64,000 nucleotides of DNA from Candidatus Aenigmarchaeota archaeon LH_S7 (GTDB taxonomy: Archaea; Aenigmatarchaeota; Aenigmatarchaeia; QMZS01), in the NCBI GenBank assembly GCA_023659895.1, contig JAGXOL010000001.1:15757-79756 (forward strand), read 5' to 3'. Under the pieces are notes generated by a model. The model saw only the letters and a program-made list of their open reading frames with translations. It searched no databases and was not told the DNA's origin. This document shows positions 9,937-21,100 of the stretch, in pieces; the first letter of the stretch is position 1; every line of letters starts with the position of its first letter. A program made the translations under genes and the position numbers.

Positions 9937-10235
9937 TCGAGAAGTGGATTTTTAAGAGTTATTTAACTCTTTCGGTTCGTTGTTATCATCTTATTTATCT
10001 TTCTTTTTATATTTGGATTGTCTATAGGACTAAACTTTAAATTTACTCTTAATTTAGAAAATAAATCTAAAAGAAACTAATTTCTAATAGTTGGATATAT
10101 GGTTTTTCAAAGATATCGGTAAGATAATTCCAAAGCAATAGCCAAAGTAGTGAGACACTATATTTATTATATGTCCACCAGAAATAAAAGTGGGTGGAAA
10201 CAAAATCAGTGCTCCAAATAATACGAAATTGGTAG

Positions 10236-10901
10236 TTAAGCCAAAAAGGAGTATATTTTTATTATCCTTTCTTTACTGCTCTTACTTATTTTGAAAAATT
10301 TAAAAAGAGGTTTTTTTATAATATCTCGATTTGGTGCCTCACCCAAAAAGAAAAAAATTGATACTGCTAAAATAACTATAAAAGGTAAACTGCCTATATA
10401 ATAGAGAGCAGGAAAAGAAATATTAAACAAAAATATTGACCACAAAAAAGAAGAATTTAGAGAAATTTTCCACGAGTATTTTATATAATTATAAACAGAA
10501 AAAAGAAGATAACCTAGAAATCCAGCATCAATCGCTGAAAAACCTAAAATAGGTGGAAGATTTGGTAAAGTATAAACAATTAGCAAAGAATTGAGAATTG
10601 GTAGTATTGTAACAAATGTTAAGGTAACAACATAGAGCCTTTTTCTATTATTCTCAAACTTGAAAATCAAGAAGATAAATAAGAAGTAATAGATCAAATT
10701 TCCTGCAAAATGAAAAATCTCAGTATGTACAAAATTTGAGAAGTAAATGCTTATTAAAGTTGGATTTGATGGCTGCAAAATAAAACATTCTTGGGGGAAA
10801 AGAAAAAGAAAATTAAGAAAAAGCGGAATGAAAGTGAAGAAAATTAAATAGTCAATTTTTTGTCTTGGTTTTGTAGAACTATAATTCTTAAGCATTATCA
10901 A
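10236..10901 (-). CDS. polytopic membrane protein, possible CPBP/Abi-like intramembrane protease; last gene of defence operon
   Basis: About 6 predicted TM segments; VHTEIFHFAGN (HxxxN-like); start overlaps PLD-SNF2 stop as ATGA. Confidence 0.45.
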   Translation of the reverse strand: MIMLKNYSSTKPRQKIDYLIFFTFIPLFLNFLFLFPQECFILQPSNPTLISIYFSNFVHTEIFHFAGNLIYYFLFIFLIFKFENNRKRLYVVTLTFVTILPILNSLLIVYTLPNLPPILGFSAIDAGFLGYLLFSVYNYIKYSWKISLNSSFLWSIFLFNISFPALYYIGSLPFIVILAVSIFFFLGEAPNRDIIKKPLFKFFKISKSSKERIIKIYSFLA

Positions 10902-13900
10902 GATATAAAATCAATTGTAACTAATTGCAATTTTGATTTATCAAAAGGTTCAATAATAGGTTTCTTAAATATTCCCTTTTCCATTAAAAAGTTATTCAGT
11001 TCTTCAACCCTTTTCTTCCAATTACCCTCCTTTTTATATTGTTTCCAAATTCTCCTTAGTATCTGCAATCTCTTTTTTGTTAGAGGGATTTTTTGTAATT
11101 TATCTAGTGTAATATCCCATACTCTCTGTATATTATTATCTGAAGGAAATTCTTCTAAATAATCATTAATTTCTTTTTCAATTGAATTAGCCATTTTTTT
11201 TACAAAAGTGGAACTTTTTGATTCGCTATGTTCTTTAAATTTTGTATCACTTTTTTGGCTAGAATATACTTCATTGTAATCTTCTTCTATTTTATTCAAG
11301 ATAGTTCTATTAACCTCATATATCTTCTCAAAGAAATTGGGAATAACCCTCACCTCTTTTTGTTTACAAGCTATGAAATCAATTATCTTTGTTTTACTGG
11401 TTATTATTGAATCTGTATTTATATCATATAAATACCAAAAATGGAAATCTTTACCATATTTGTAATAGAAAAATATGCCCGAAATTTTGTTTTTCTTTAA
11501 TCCACTATAAACACCATAAGGTATCTTTTCCAATTCCTCTAGAGCTTTATTCTTCATGAAATCCTTTAATGGCTGGTAAAATTTCTCACCACCACCAAAA
11601 GCATCTTGTTCTACTTCTGCGAATATTTTGGGATCTTTTCCTTTAATCTTTCTAATAATCCCAAAAACCTTGGGATGAATTTCTTCTCCCAAGATAGTTT
11701 GATCTAACCCTACCGATTTATCAATATCAATAATTTTATTCTGCAGAATTTCAACCAATTTTAGCAACTCTTCTAACTCATCTTCTGGAAAAAAATTGTA
11801 GACAAATATTTTTTTGTAGGGTGAACCAATCCTGTCTATTCTTCCTGCTCTTTGAATCATCCTTGTTGGATTCCAATGCAAATCATAATTAATGAGATAT
11901 TTAGCTGTTTGGAGATTTTGTCCTTGTGACAAAACATCAGTACTCATTAAAATATCAATCTCTTTTTTGAAGAATTTTTCTATAATCTTTTCTCTTTGTT
12001 GAGGATTTTTGTTCGTCAAACCTGAACTCGAAACTGCTTCAATTTTCAGTTTTGAGAATTTTTTATCCTTTATTATTTCATTATAAATATAATTTAAAGT
12101 ATCTGCATAATAAGTAAAAAGAACTATCTGCCCATCTTTTGACAAATTTAATAGTTTATCTTTAAGAACATTTAATTTAGAGTCATCTTCTGGTTTGATG
12201 GTATTTACTTTTTCAAGAATTTTGCTTAATAATTTAATGTCTTTGTCTATATCTCTAAATAAATCTTCTATTTTATAAAGGTCTTTTTCAAAAACGTCAA
12301 GTTTTGTTCCTTCCAAAGATTCGAATTTATCTAAATACTCTTCTATATCCTCCTCACTTATTGATCCAAAATTCTTCAATAACTTACTAAAATCTTTTTT
12401 CCCTAGGATTTTACCTGCTTTTAGGCTCTTCTTTAATTTTTCCAAAAAGTCTATGTGTCTCTTAATGCTTATCCGAAAAGATTCTACACTACTCTCTAAT
12501 CTTTTAAATAAAATTGTCCTGAAAATACCCCCAATCTGAATCATCCTGTTTAAAACAAACATTTCTTCTTCTGTCTTTACCCCTCCTTCTTTATATTCAA
12601 GTAGATGATAATAAGCCATTTTTAGATTTGAAATTATATCAGAAATCTCTTTATACATGCCTTTGTAAGCATTATCTAATTGATAGTTTATGTTTTCAAG
12701 AACTCTTTCCGGAAAAATTATCTTTTTCTGCTCTCCGTTAATCTCTATATAAGCATCAGGATAATTTTTAATAATATAGTCTCTTGTTCTTCTTATTGAG
12801 ATTTCATTTAGTAAGTCATTTAGTAAAGAAGGGTTGTCCTTTGCCTGTTTAAAGAACTTGAATAAATCGGGAATATTTTCTTTAATAAATGAAGATCTAT
12901 CCATCAAGATAAGAAGCATAATCTGCCAGTATAAATCCCAGAGGGTATTGTTTATTGGGGTAGCAGTTAAGAAAAGCATATAAGGTTTTTTACCCTTTTT
13001 AGCAATATTGTCATTAACCAAAGCGAAAAAATTCTCCCACCTGTTTGACAATGGATTTCTGAAATTATGGCTTTCATCAACAACTATTAATTCTACATCA
13101 TCAAATCTTCCGCCAAGAGTTTTCTTTGCTTTTTCTAAGAAATTTTCTGAGGCTAAATTTTCCTGAGACAAAATATTCTCTTTAACATCTATCTTTTTCA
13201 TCTCCTTAGCCCACATCCCCATTAACTGAGCAGGGCAGATTATCAGAATGTTTTTTCTTTCGTAGTATCCTATTCTTTCAAGAATTTTTTTAGCAATCCA
13301 AGTTTTACCTAACCCCACAGAATCAGCAACAATACAACCACCATATTTCCTCAATCTCTTCCATATTCTTTCAATAGCAGCATCCTGAAATTGAGCCAAA
13401 TTTACTTTAGTCTCTGGAAGTCCTTTTGGTTTTTCATTTTTTCCCTCTTCTACAACATCATCTTTTTGAAATTCATACAATGTCTTGATATAGATATCGT
13501 AAGGTAAATATTCCTTGCTTCCAAATCTGGAATTTTCCAAAATTTCTATAAGCTCATCTTTAAAGTCTCTTGATTCTGCCCAGAATTTTTCAAACCATTC
13601 TTTTCTTGTGAAGATTGCCTGGGATTTCTGTTTCCAGGTGTTTAATTCTCCATACCTTGTTAGTCCTGCAGCAGTAAAGTTAGATGAACCAATAACTATC
13701 CTATCATCAAAAATATAGGCTTTTCCATGCAGGAACTTTTCAAATAATCTAATTTCAACATTCTTTCTTTTTAGAAATTCAATAAACAACTTTATTGTTT
13801 TATCCTGCTCTTTTGTTAAATCAAAGCCTTCAATCTCTTTTCTTATTTCCTTTAAAAGAACGTCTCCAAGAGTTGTTTCATTCTGAATTTCCGGGGTTTT

Positions 13901-14095
13901 TCCAAGTAAAAGCCTGAATCTCTCAACACCATTTAAATTATCTTTGATCATGGCAAAAGCCTGAATATTGAAGAAAGCGGTTGCTATGTCAAAATTTGTT
14001 TTTGGATTCTCTCTTAAAACATTATTCAGGAAACTAATCAACTTGTTTCCTTCGCTGTTGTCTATTATTTCTTTTGGTATTGGCATTTTAATCAC
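10898..14095 (-). CDS. PLD-nuclease domain fused to SNF2-family helicase (DISARM DrmC+DrmD-like fusion)
   Basis: N-terminal HxK(x4)D motif HGKAYIFDDRIVIGSSNFT; helicase motifs GLGKT (I), VVDESHNFRN (II), LFLTATPINN (III), C-terminal QGQNLQ / QRAGRIDRIG (VI). Confidence 0.8.
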   Translation of the reverse strand: MIKMPIPKEIIDNSEGNKLISFLNNVLRENPKTNFDIATAFFNIQAFAMIKDNLNGVERFRLLLGKTPEIQNETTLGDVLLKEIRKEIEGFDLTKEQDKTIKLFIEFLKRKNVEIRLFEKFLHGKAYIFDDRIVIGSSNFTAAGLTRYGELNTWKQKSQAIFTRKEWFEKFWAESRDFKDELIEILENSRFGSKEYLPYDIYIKTLYEFQKDDVVEEGKNEKPKGLPETKVNLAQFQDAAIERIWKRLRKYGGCIVADSVGLGKTWIAKKILERIGYYERKNILIICPAQLMGMWAKEMKKIDVKENILSQENLASENFLEKAKKTLGGRFDDVELIVVDESHNFRNPLSNRWENFFALVNDNIAKKGKKPYMLFLTATPINNTLWDLYWQIMLLILMDRSSFIKENIPDLFKFFKQAKDNPSLLNDLLNEISIRRTRDYIIKNYPDAYIEINGEQKKIIFPERVLENINYQLDNAYKGMYKEISDIISNLKMAYYHLLEYKEGGVKTEEEMFVLNRMIQIGGIFRTILFKRLESSVESFRISIKRHIDFLEKLKKSLKAGKILGKKDFSKLLKNFGSISEEDIEEYLDKFESLEGTKLDVFEKDLYKIEDLFRDIDKDIKLLSKILEKVNTIKPEDDSKLNVLKDKLLNLSKDGQIVLFTYYADTLNYIYNEIIKDKKFSKLKIEAVSSSGLTNKNPQQREKIIEKFFKKEIDILMSTDVLSQGQNLQTAKYLINYDLHWNPTRMIQRAGRIDRIGSPYKKIFVYNFFPEDELEELLKLVEILQNKIIDIDKSVGLDQTILGEEIHPKVFGIIRKIKGKDPKIFAEVEQDAFGGGEKFYQPLKDFMKNKALEELEKIPYGVYSGLKKNKISGIFFYYKYGKDFHFWYLYDINTDSIITSKTKIIDFIACKQKEVRVIPNFFEKIYEVNRTILNKIEEDYNEVYSSQKSDTKFKEHSESKSSTFVKKMANSIEKEINDYLEEFPSDNNIQRVWDITLDKLQKIPLTKKRLQILRRIWKQYKKEGNWKKRVEELNNFLMEKGIFKKPIIEPFDKSKLQLVTIDFIS

Positions 14096-15923
14096 TTTTT
14101 ATGCTATTAAAGTAGCTTTTTAAATTTTCTTCTAAAATCTTATAAATGAAATTGAACATGGGCAAATCGTCATAAATGAAATCTAATATTCCAGTACTCA
14201 TAGAGATTAACTTGTACTTTTTTCCATTAGTTTTGACCTCTTTTTTAAAGTTTTCATGTGAAATTTCAGGCACTTCTTCGTTTTCCCCTTCTTCATAAAT
14301 TTCAACTTCTAAACCATCTTTACTTCCGTCACTTAGATAAAAAAACTGAATTTTTGGTGAGTCTTGGAATGACTTATACTCTTCTTTAACATCAAACTTT
14401 ATCATAACTTTTGATATTCCTTTAAATAAAAGTAATTTTTCTTTAATCTCTGGGAAATTATGGGACATCAGCTCAGAGTAAACTTTTGGTAAGCTATCAA
14501 AAAATATCCTTAGGTTATTTTTGACTGCATCTGGAGAAAATGTATTCCATATCCATCCGCTACCATCTTTTAATCTCGAATAGTCTTTCGGCGAATAAAC
14601 TCTATTTATATCTTTAATTTCTCTTGATTTCAAAAATAGAAACATTTCTTCAAATATCTTTAGTGGGAATCTACCATTTCCGATAGGTATTCTTGGGATG
14701 GAATCATTCTGAGTTATTCTTTCTTTTACCTTTTCTTCTACTTGTTTTCTCTCATTATCCATAATCTGGGAGATTAACATGTCTGGATCAAAGTATGGTT
14801 TCCTATACAGGCAATCTGAGTAATTCTTAATTCCATTTCTCTGATTCTTGATTAAGAATTTAATAGCTTCATCCATCCATATAGGTAAATATTTATAAAA
14901 TGCATATTCTATTTCATTAATATTAAATGCATCCTTTTTATCTAATCCCATCTGTTGATGAAATCTATCTATAAAACCAAAAATAAATTCTTTAGCTAAA
15001 AATTCGCTTACATCATGTTTCAATAATCTGTTTTTTAATAATCTAAGCATTTGAGCTTCAACAATTTCTAGTGCATATCCTTTGGGATTAGATTTTATAG
15101 GATTCTCCGCAAAATGTGCTGTAAAGCCAAGTCCCTCTTTCTCTAACTCTCTGTGCAATCCCTCGTTGACCTCCTTAATCTGAACATCATTTTTATTGGT
15201 AGATATGGGATAAAGGGCATAGTGTATCATATTATCTTCAAAACGATAATACGCTAAGCCGACTTTCCATGAGTTTGGATAAAACCTCTTTTTAATAATC
15301 AGGAATTCATTTTCTAGTAGACTATTAAACGAATCTAAGAAGAAATGAATTTTGATAAAGTCATCTTTAACTATTCTCAAAGCAGGATTTGATTTCTCAG
15401 ATAAATTTTTATAAGAGTCCTTTAGTTTATCGTATTCTTTTATCTTCTTTTTATAAGATTCAGTAATCTTTTTCCAGTCTTCAATATAACTACTATTATT
15501 ATCAATGATGTTCTCTTTTTTGAACGTTATAGTTATTGTTTTTTGATCCTCGGTGTGTAACTCACTTATTAATGAATTATTTACATGAATCCAGAAAGAT
15601 TTATTGTGATTGACATCAACACCAATCAGTAAAACCGGATTACAAGTACTGGCCTCACTATAAGAAATAAGCGAGATAGGACATTGTAATTTGTGCTTAT
15701 CCCCATTTTCTGGTAATGTCCTTATTTGAACTTCTAATTTACCAATGGGCGACCTGTTTCCGTTAACTAATTCTACATACCCGTCAATGTTCGGATACTT
15801 ATCACGTTCTTTTATGTCAGCCTTTACTTTCTCATGATTAAGGAGTTTCTTGAAAGTGTCAACTGCTTGAGTTTCTGCTTTATCAGTATTGCTATATGGT
15901 GCAGCTCTAATTTCTTCATTCAT
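14088..15923 (-). CDS. hypothetical defence-operon protein, possible N-terminal PD-(D/E)xK-like (DUF4365-like) domain
   Basis: 611 aa; N-term YPNIDGYVELVNG...IGKLEVQIRT pattern; no ATPase motifs; translationally coupled to both neighbours. Confidence 0.4.
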   Translation of the reverse strand: MNEEIRAAPYSNTDKAETQAVDTFKKLLNHEKVKADIKERDKYPNIDGYVELVNGNRSPIGKLEVQIRTLPENGDKHKLQCPISLISYSEASTCNPVLLIGVDVNHNKSFWIHVNNSLISELHTEDQKTITITFKKENIIDNNSSYIEDWKKITESYKKKIKEYDKLKDSYKNLSEKSNPALRIVKDDFIKIHFFLDSFNSLLENEFLIIKKRFYPNSWKVGLAYYRFEDNMIHYALYPISTNKNDVQIKEVNEGLHRELEKEGLGFTAHFAENPIKSNPKGYALEIVEAQMLRLLKNRLLKHDVSEFLAKEFIFGFIDRFHQQMGLDKKDAFNINEIEYAFYKYLPIWMDEAIKFLIKNQRNGIKNYSDCLYRKPYFDPDMLISQIMDNERKQVEEKVKERITQNDSIPRIPIGNGRFPLKIFEEMFLFLKSREIKDINRVYSPKDYSRLKDGSGWIWNTFSPDAVKNNLRIFFDSLPKVYSELMSHNFPEIKEKLLLFKGISKVMIKFDVKEEYKSFQDSPKIQFFYLSDGSKDGLEVEIYEEGENEEVPEISHENFKKEVKTNGKKYKLISMSTGILDFIYDDLPMFNFIYKILEENLKSYFNSIKSD

Positions 15924-15932
15924 TTTAATTCC

Positions 15933-17270
15933 TCAGTACCCATGAGCTTTTATTACCTCTTCTGTCTTTTTGAATAAGTCTTGATTGTATTCTTCTGTAA
16001 GAGCTTTAAGTTCATTCATCAATTTATTGACATCTTCTGTTTTGATATAACCGTTTTGAAAAAAATCTTCTAATTTGTCATTATCAATAACAGAAATTTT
16101 GTATTCAAAATAAAGTTTTACCAAATGTATTAGTGATTTTAGAGGAAATAATACTACTTTTAGGCTAAAGTCTTTTTCTAATGTTTTTATCATCTGATTA
16201 TCTTTTTTATTATTCAAGTCAAAATCATAAGCGAAGATTATAAAATGGGGAACTTTAAATCTAGAAGTAACATAATCCTTAGTATAGGCTTTAAGATACT
16301 TCCTTATTTGATTTTCGTGTTTTTGTAAAGGTAATTTTCCGCCTTTGTAACTCTTAATTTCTAATGGGATTAACAAACTTGGAGCACTTTTTATTACAAA
16401 TATAACTCCGTCTGGCTGATTTTTTTGGCCTAAAAGCTTTGCATTAAAAAGGGTAATTCTCAATAAGTCAGCTACATATTCTTGGAACTTTTCACCTTGA
16501 ACTTTAGAATTCTCTTTTCCTTTTTGTAACGCATAAGTTTCAATGTTCTGTATTATATCCTTCCAGAATTTTTCAATATCTACTAATTTTTTAGTATCTC
16601 TATATTTTAATTCTAATTCTAATTCTTTTCTTTTTTCTGATATTGACATTTCAATAAGTTTGAATTCTTTTTCAAAGAATTTTTTATCAAAAATCTTTTC
16701 TAAAGTTAGCAAACCGATATCTCCCCTAGAAGATAATGTGGACAGGGTAACTTCTGGACTAAAACCAATAAAGACATGAAAATCTGGAGTGTAGTTTTTA
16801 GACCAGCCTTTTAGAATATAAAGATCATTAAACCCTATTTTTTCTGTTGAAACCAAAACTGAAATCTTGAAAACTTTCCCTTGTAATAGAAATTTGTTAT
16901 TTTCTTCAGCTATGATGCTGTAGCCTTTTAGAAATCTAAGAAATTTTTCTTTAAGATACTGAATTGTTTTTTCTGTATCTAAACCAAATTCTCTAAATGC
17001 AATGTTAGAAATTCTTTTTCCACATTTTTTACAGAATGTAAATTCCATTCCTTCGGAAACACATGCAACACCACCACATTCACATTGAATCTCATATATT
17101 TTAGTAGCTCTAAGCTCCTCTAAATCATTCTTATCAAAGAACTTTATGATGCTATCTCTTTTTACAGATAATTTTCTAGATAATTCTAAGTCTGTAAAAT
17201 GCTTATCTGTTCCTTTGGATAACATTATTGAGGTAAAGATTACATTATCCTTATTCAAGCTCTTTGACAT
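15933..17270 (-). CDS. zinc-ribbon plus restriction-endonuclease-like (PD-ExK) protein
   Basis: CECGG...CKKCG ribbon near N-terminus; C-terminal QPDGVIFVIK...LIPLEIKSYK matches PD-x(n)-ExK nuclease signature. Confidence 0.5.
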   Translation of the reverse strand: MSKSLNKDNVIFTSIMLSKGTDKHFTDLELSRKLSVKRDSIIKFFDKNDLEELRATKIYEIQCECGGVACVSEGMEFTFCKKCGKRISNIAFREFGLDTEKTIQYLKEKFLRFLKGYSIIAEENNKFLLQGKVFKISVLVSTEKIGFNDLYILKGWSKNYTPDFHVFIGFSPEVTLSTLSSRGDIGLLTLEKIFDKKFFEKEFKLIEMSISEKRKELELELKYRDTKKLVDIEKFWKDIIQNIETYALQKGKENSKVQGEKFQEYVADLLRITLFNAKLLGQKNQPDGVIFVIKSAPSLLIPLEIKSYKGGKLPLQKHENQIRKYLKAYTKDYVTSRFKVPHFIIFAYDFDLNNKKDNQMIKTLEKDFSLKVVLFPLKSLIHLVKLYFEYKISVIDNDKLEDFFQNGYIKTEDVNKLMNELKALTEEYNQDLFKKTEEVIKAHGY

Positions 17271-18153
17271 GCTTCAACAAAACCTCCTTCAATTCTTTAA
17301 AAATATCCTTTATCTGTGGACGAAATGTTATTTTACCATTATCATAGAAGCTGATTGGTTTTTTGCTCATGTCCACTTTTTGAGAAATTAACTCTTTAGC
17401 AGATTCTTTAATCTTAATTCCCCTATCTTCAAAAAGCTTCAATGTCTTTTCTACATCAGAGCCTTTTATATGAATTTCATCTGCTCCAGAAAGATTTAAT
17501 CCAGTTGCCTTTACTGATTTGAATCTAATGTTTTTATCTAATTTTCTATATTCCTCTTCATTTATTTTAATCAAGTTTATAGAATCTTCTTTGAGATTAA
17601 AGTGATTTTGAAGTAAATCTTTAACAATTTCAAATTTGTTATAACTACTCGTTCTACATTCTATAATGGATATATCTGAATGATAGATGAAATATAAAGT
17701 GAATGGTCTTCTAAATCTAACATTTATTGGTTCTAATGTATTAGGTTCCTCTACGTTGCTATATTCGTAAGTATGTGAATGAGCATTCACATTAATTATA
17801 CTTTGATTATTCTGGGAAATTATTTTCTGAAATTCAAATATTAAGTCATTATCTTTATCTACAATTTTTTTGCTTTCAATTCCTTTAAACTCTAATTTCT
17901 TGTTTGAATAGGAAAAAAATACAGATCTCTTTTTAAGAAGACTATAATAATTTACGAGATATTCCAGAAGCTGTTTATCTTTTCTATACAATTCATTTAC
18001 AAAATCTTCTTTTTTTCTTGATTTTATGTCTGGAAGTTCCTTTCTTAATCTGCTTATCTTAACAATCTTCAATGCTCTTTCAATTAATTGATTTTTATCT
18101 TTCATCGTCTCAAACTCCCCGCCTTCTCCAATCTCTGCTTCACCAACTCGCAA
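17251..18153 (-). CDS. hypothetical defence-operon protein
   Basis: 300 aa, overlaps flanking genes, no recognised motif. Confidence 0.35.
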   Translation of the reverse strand: MRVGEAEIGEGGEFETMKDKNQLIERALKIVKISRLRKELPDIKSRKKEDFVNELYRKDKQLLEYLVNYYSLLKKRSVFFSYSNKKLEFKGIESKKIVDKDNDLIFEFQKIISQNNQSIINVNAHSHTYEYSNVEEPNTLEPINVRFRRPFTLYFIYHSDISIIECRTSSYNKFEIVKDLLQNHFNLKEDSINLIKINEEEYRKLDKNIRFKSVKATGLNLSGADEIHIKGSDVEKTLKLFEDRGIKIKESAKELISQKVDMSKKPISFYDNGKITFRPQIKDIFKELKEVLLKHVKELE

Positions 18154-21100
18154 ACACTCCAGTAAACCTCTTTCCTCTCCTCCTCCGTCAAGCCGAGTTC
18201 ATCAAAAATAATTTTGTCAAGCTCTGCCCTATCAGGAAGAGGTTTTGGCTCTTGTTCTCGGATTGGTTTTGATGGGTCAAGGCCGAATTCTTCGAAGATT
18301 GAGTGAACTTTTCTCTTAGAAATTTTACCGAAAATTTTTTTTAAGAAAGAAGAATTTATTTTGTTAGGATTTGGTATAAAAAATTTTCTTACTTCATATA
18401 TCATTGGTTTATTTAATCCTTCCCCGAGAGAAAACCTTCCCAAAGTTTCATAAAATAGAAATGAAATTGCCGAATTAAGCATACAGCAAATATTTTCTTT
18501 ATTGTTTTCTTTGAAATATAATCCGTACAAATTATAGTCAAGAAAACAAGTAATGTTGTTAAATGGTACAATAAATCTTTCACCAATTTGACTTGAAAAG
18601 ATAAAATCAGGGGCTTTTACTTCACCTGTAGAATACCAATTGTTTCTTCCTTTAACACTGGGAATCTCAGTATATTTAATCCCGTCTTTCTTTTGTTTCT
18701 CAGCCCACTCTATATAACTTAAAATATTTGTTCCTTTAAGTTGTTTTTTTGATTTATTACAATATAAAACATAGAATCTAAGGTTGCTTTCATTTAATAT
18801 AATAGTTTCATATTCTTTAGGTGTTTTTAAAATTTGTTTAAGATATTCCTTTTCAATACCAAGTTTCTTAATCTTATCTTTATCTAAATAAAAGAATTTA
18901 TTGATTCCGGATTTTATTCCTGGAGAAACTTTAGCAATCTTTCCTAATTCAACTAACTTCCCTTTTCCCTTCTCCAAAATTGTATAGAATATATCTGGAG
19001 CCCTCAGATATTTCCCGCCCCATTTATTGCCTTCATAACTTCCAGCTTTGAATCGGTCTTTTTTATCATAGTTTTCTGGATATTCCCAACCATCTTCAAG
19101 CAAATCTCCTTGTAAAATAGGAAAAACTCTATAATCTTGTGTTGTTTTAACATTCTTCACTAACTCAGTTATGGTTTCTCCTCTTGTTTTGACTTTAGCA
19201 TTTTCAATTTCAATCAAATTCTTTGTATTTAAAACCTCTTCAAATGGTTTTTTGAACATTACAAATTTTGCTGTGTGATTCAACATAGGCCAATCCTTTT
19301 TACCATCAACATTCAAACCTTCTATTCTTTTATCTTTAATTATAGGAGCACCAAACAAAGCAATAATGGTATTAACATCAGCATGAGCAAAACTTCTTTT
19401 TGGATTGTCATAAATTGCAGTTACAGGAGCATACCTTAACAGAAATTCCTGCAGATTCCTACCATAACCTACATCAAGCCATGAATTAGAAGTAATAAAA
19501 CAAAATGTTCCTTTTTCATTCAACAAACCCAAACCATGAAAATAGAAGTAAGTGTAATAATCACTTTTTTTATTTATCTTATTAATAATTGGAAAAATAT
19601 TTTTTACAGACTTAATCAGCTTTTCTTTATATTCTTTTCTATCTTTTAAAGTAATTTCTGCTTTTAATTTATTCGGTGGAGATATCTTTTCCTGTCTCAC
19701 ATAAGGAGGATTCCCTATAACGATATCAAAACCATTTTTGTCCCCGAAGATTTCAGCAAAGTCAATATCCCAGACAAATGGTTTCTTTTCCGGATTTTTC
19801 AGAAGTTCTTTAATTTTCTTTAGTTTTTCAATTTCTTCTTCAAATTGCTGAATTTCTTTTTCTGTTGCATTAATTTTTTCTTTTTCTTTCAGATAAACCT
19901 CAGCCTCAACATTTATCTCTGAATTAAACAATCCTACTTGTTTTCCTTGTTTCTTCATATTATTTTCCAGAGATTCGGTATCTTTTTTTAATCCCTCTAT
20001 TCGTTCATCAATTATTTCCTCAAATAATCTGGTTTCTTCGCTTCTAACTGCTTCAGGAGTCTTGAATTTTACTGTTGGAGAATTTTCAAAATATTTTCTC
20101 TTTTCCTGTTTTAGATTATCTAATTGCTCCCTTAAATGTGGTTTTATATCCTCGTTTGTTCTGAGATTAAAACTAAGCCCCCCAATTTCCTGAATTAATG
20201 AATCTCCAACCCTTAGATTAAGATTTAAATTAGGTAACAGAGGGTGTTTTCTCAATTCCTCTTTTTTAAATTCTCCTTCAACAATCAATTGCAACCACAA
20301 TCTTAATTCTGCTGCATGACTTGCCCAAGGCATTACATCAACACCATAGAGAGAATACTGAAGAATTCTCTTTTTCAACTCAAAATCCGTCAAATCATTT
20401 TTTATATTTGCATACACCATTCTGTAAAGTTCTGCGAGAACATTCAACAATCCAACTAAAAAAGCTCCTGAACCGCAGGCAGGGTCTACAGCAGATAAAT
20501 TATCCAGAACTCTTTCTATCTCATACCAAATCTTTTTATCACCAAATTCTTTCTTAAGTTTTTCCTTCTCCTCAGGAGAATCAAAAACAAGATGATAAAT
20601 TTTATCCTTTGGAATGTCAGGCAAATGTTTTGACAAATATTCAACTATTACTCTTCTGCACATGAAATCAACTTCAACTCTCGGAGTGTAGAAAATACCT
20701 AAATCATTCCTGTCATAAATCTCCTCAGCTACATTAGCCAAAGACTCATAGACATAACCAATCATCTGAGGATCAACAGCAACCTCTTGGTCTAAAGGTA
20801 TATCTTCTTTTATTGTAAAATTATATTTCTCAAAGAAATCAAAAATATTCTGAAACAATTTATCAGTTATTTCTACCTTCAATTTATCTAAATCATTTTC
20901 TTTAAATAAGCCACCATTCAGATATGGGGAATTAGAAATTACTCTATTTACTTCTTCCGGGTAACCAGTTATTTCATTTGAACGGTTATTAAAGGCTTTG
21001 AGGAAAATCTGTTTAAGCCATATTTCATAAAATTCATTGGAGTTATATTTTCCCAAATTTTTATACGACTTCCACAACCACCCAACAAATTTTGGATATT

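Noticed and set aside
10236-10901. Rhomboid protease assignment for the membrane protein
   Set aside because: A GxSx-like motif (GFSA) is present but no downstream catalytic His in a later TM helix; the CPBP/Abi-like reading is kept only as tentative.
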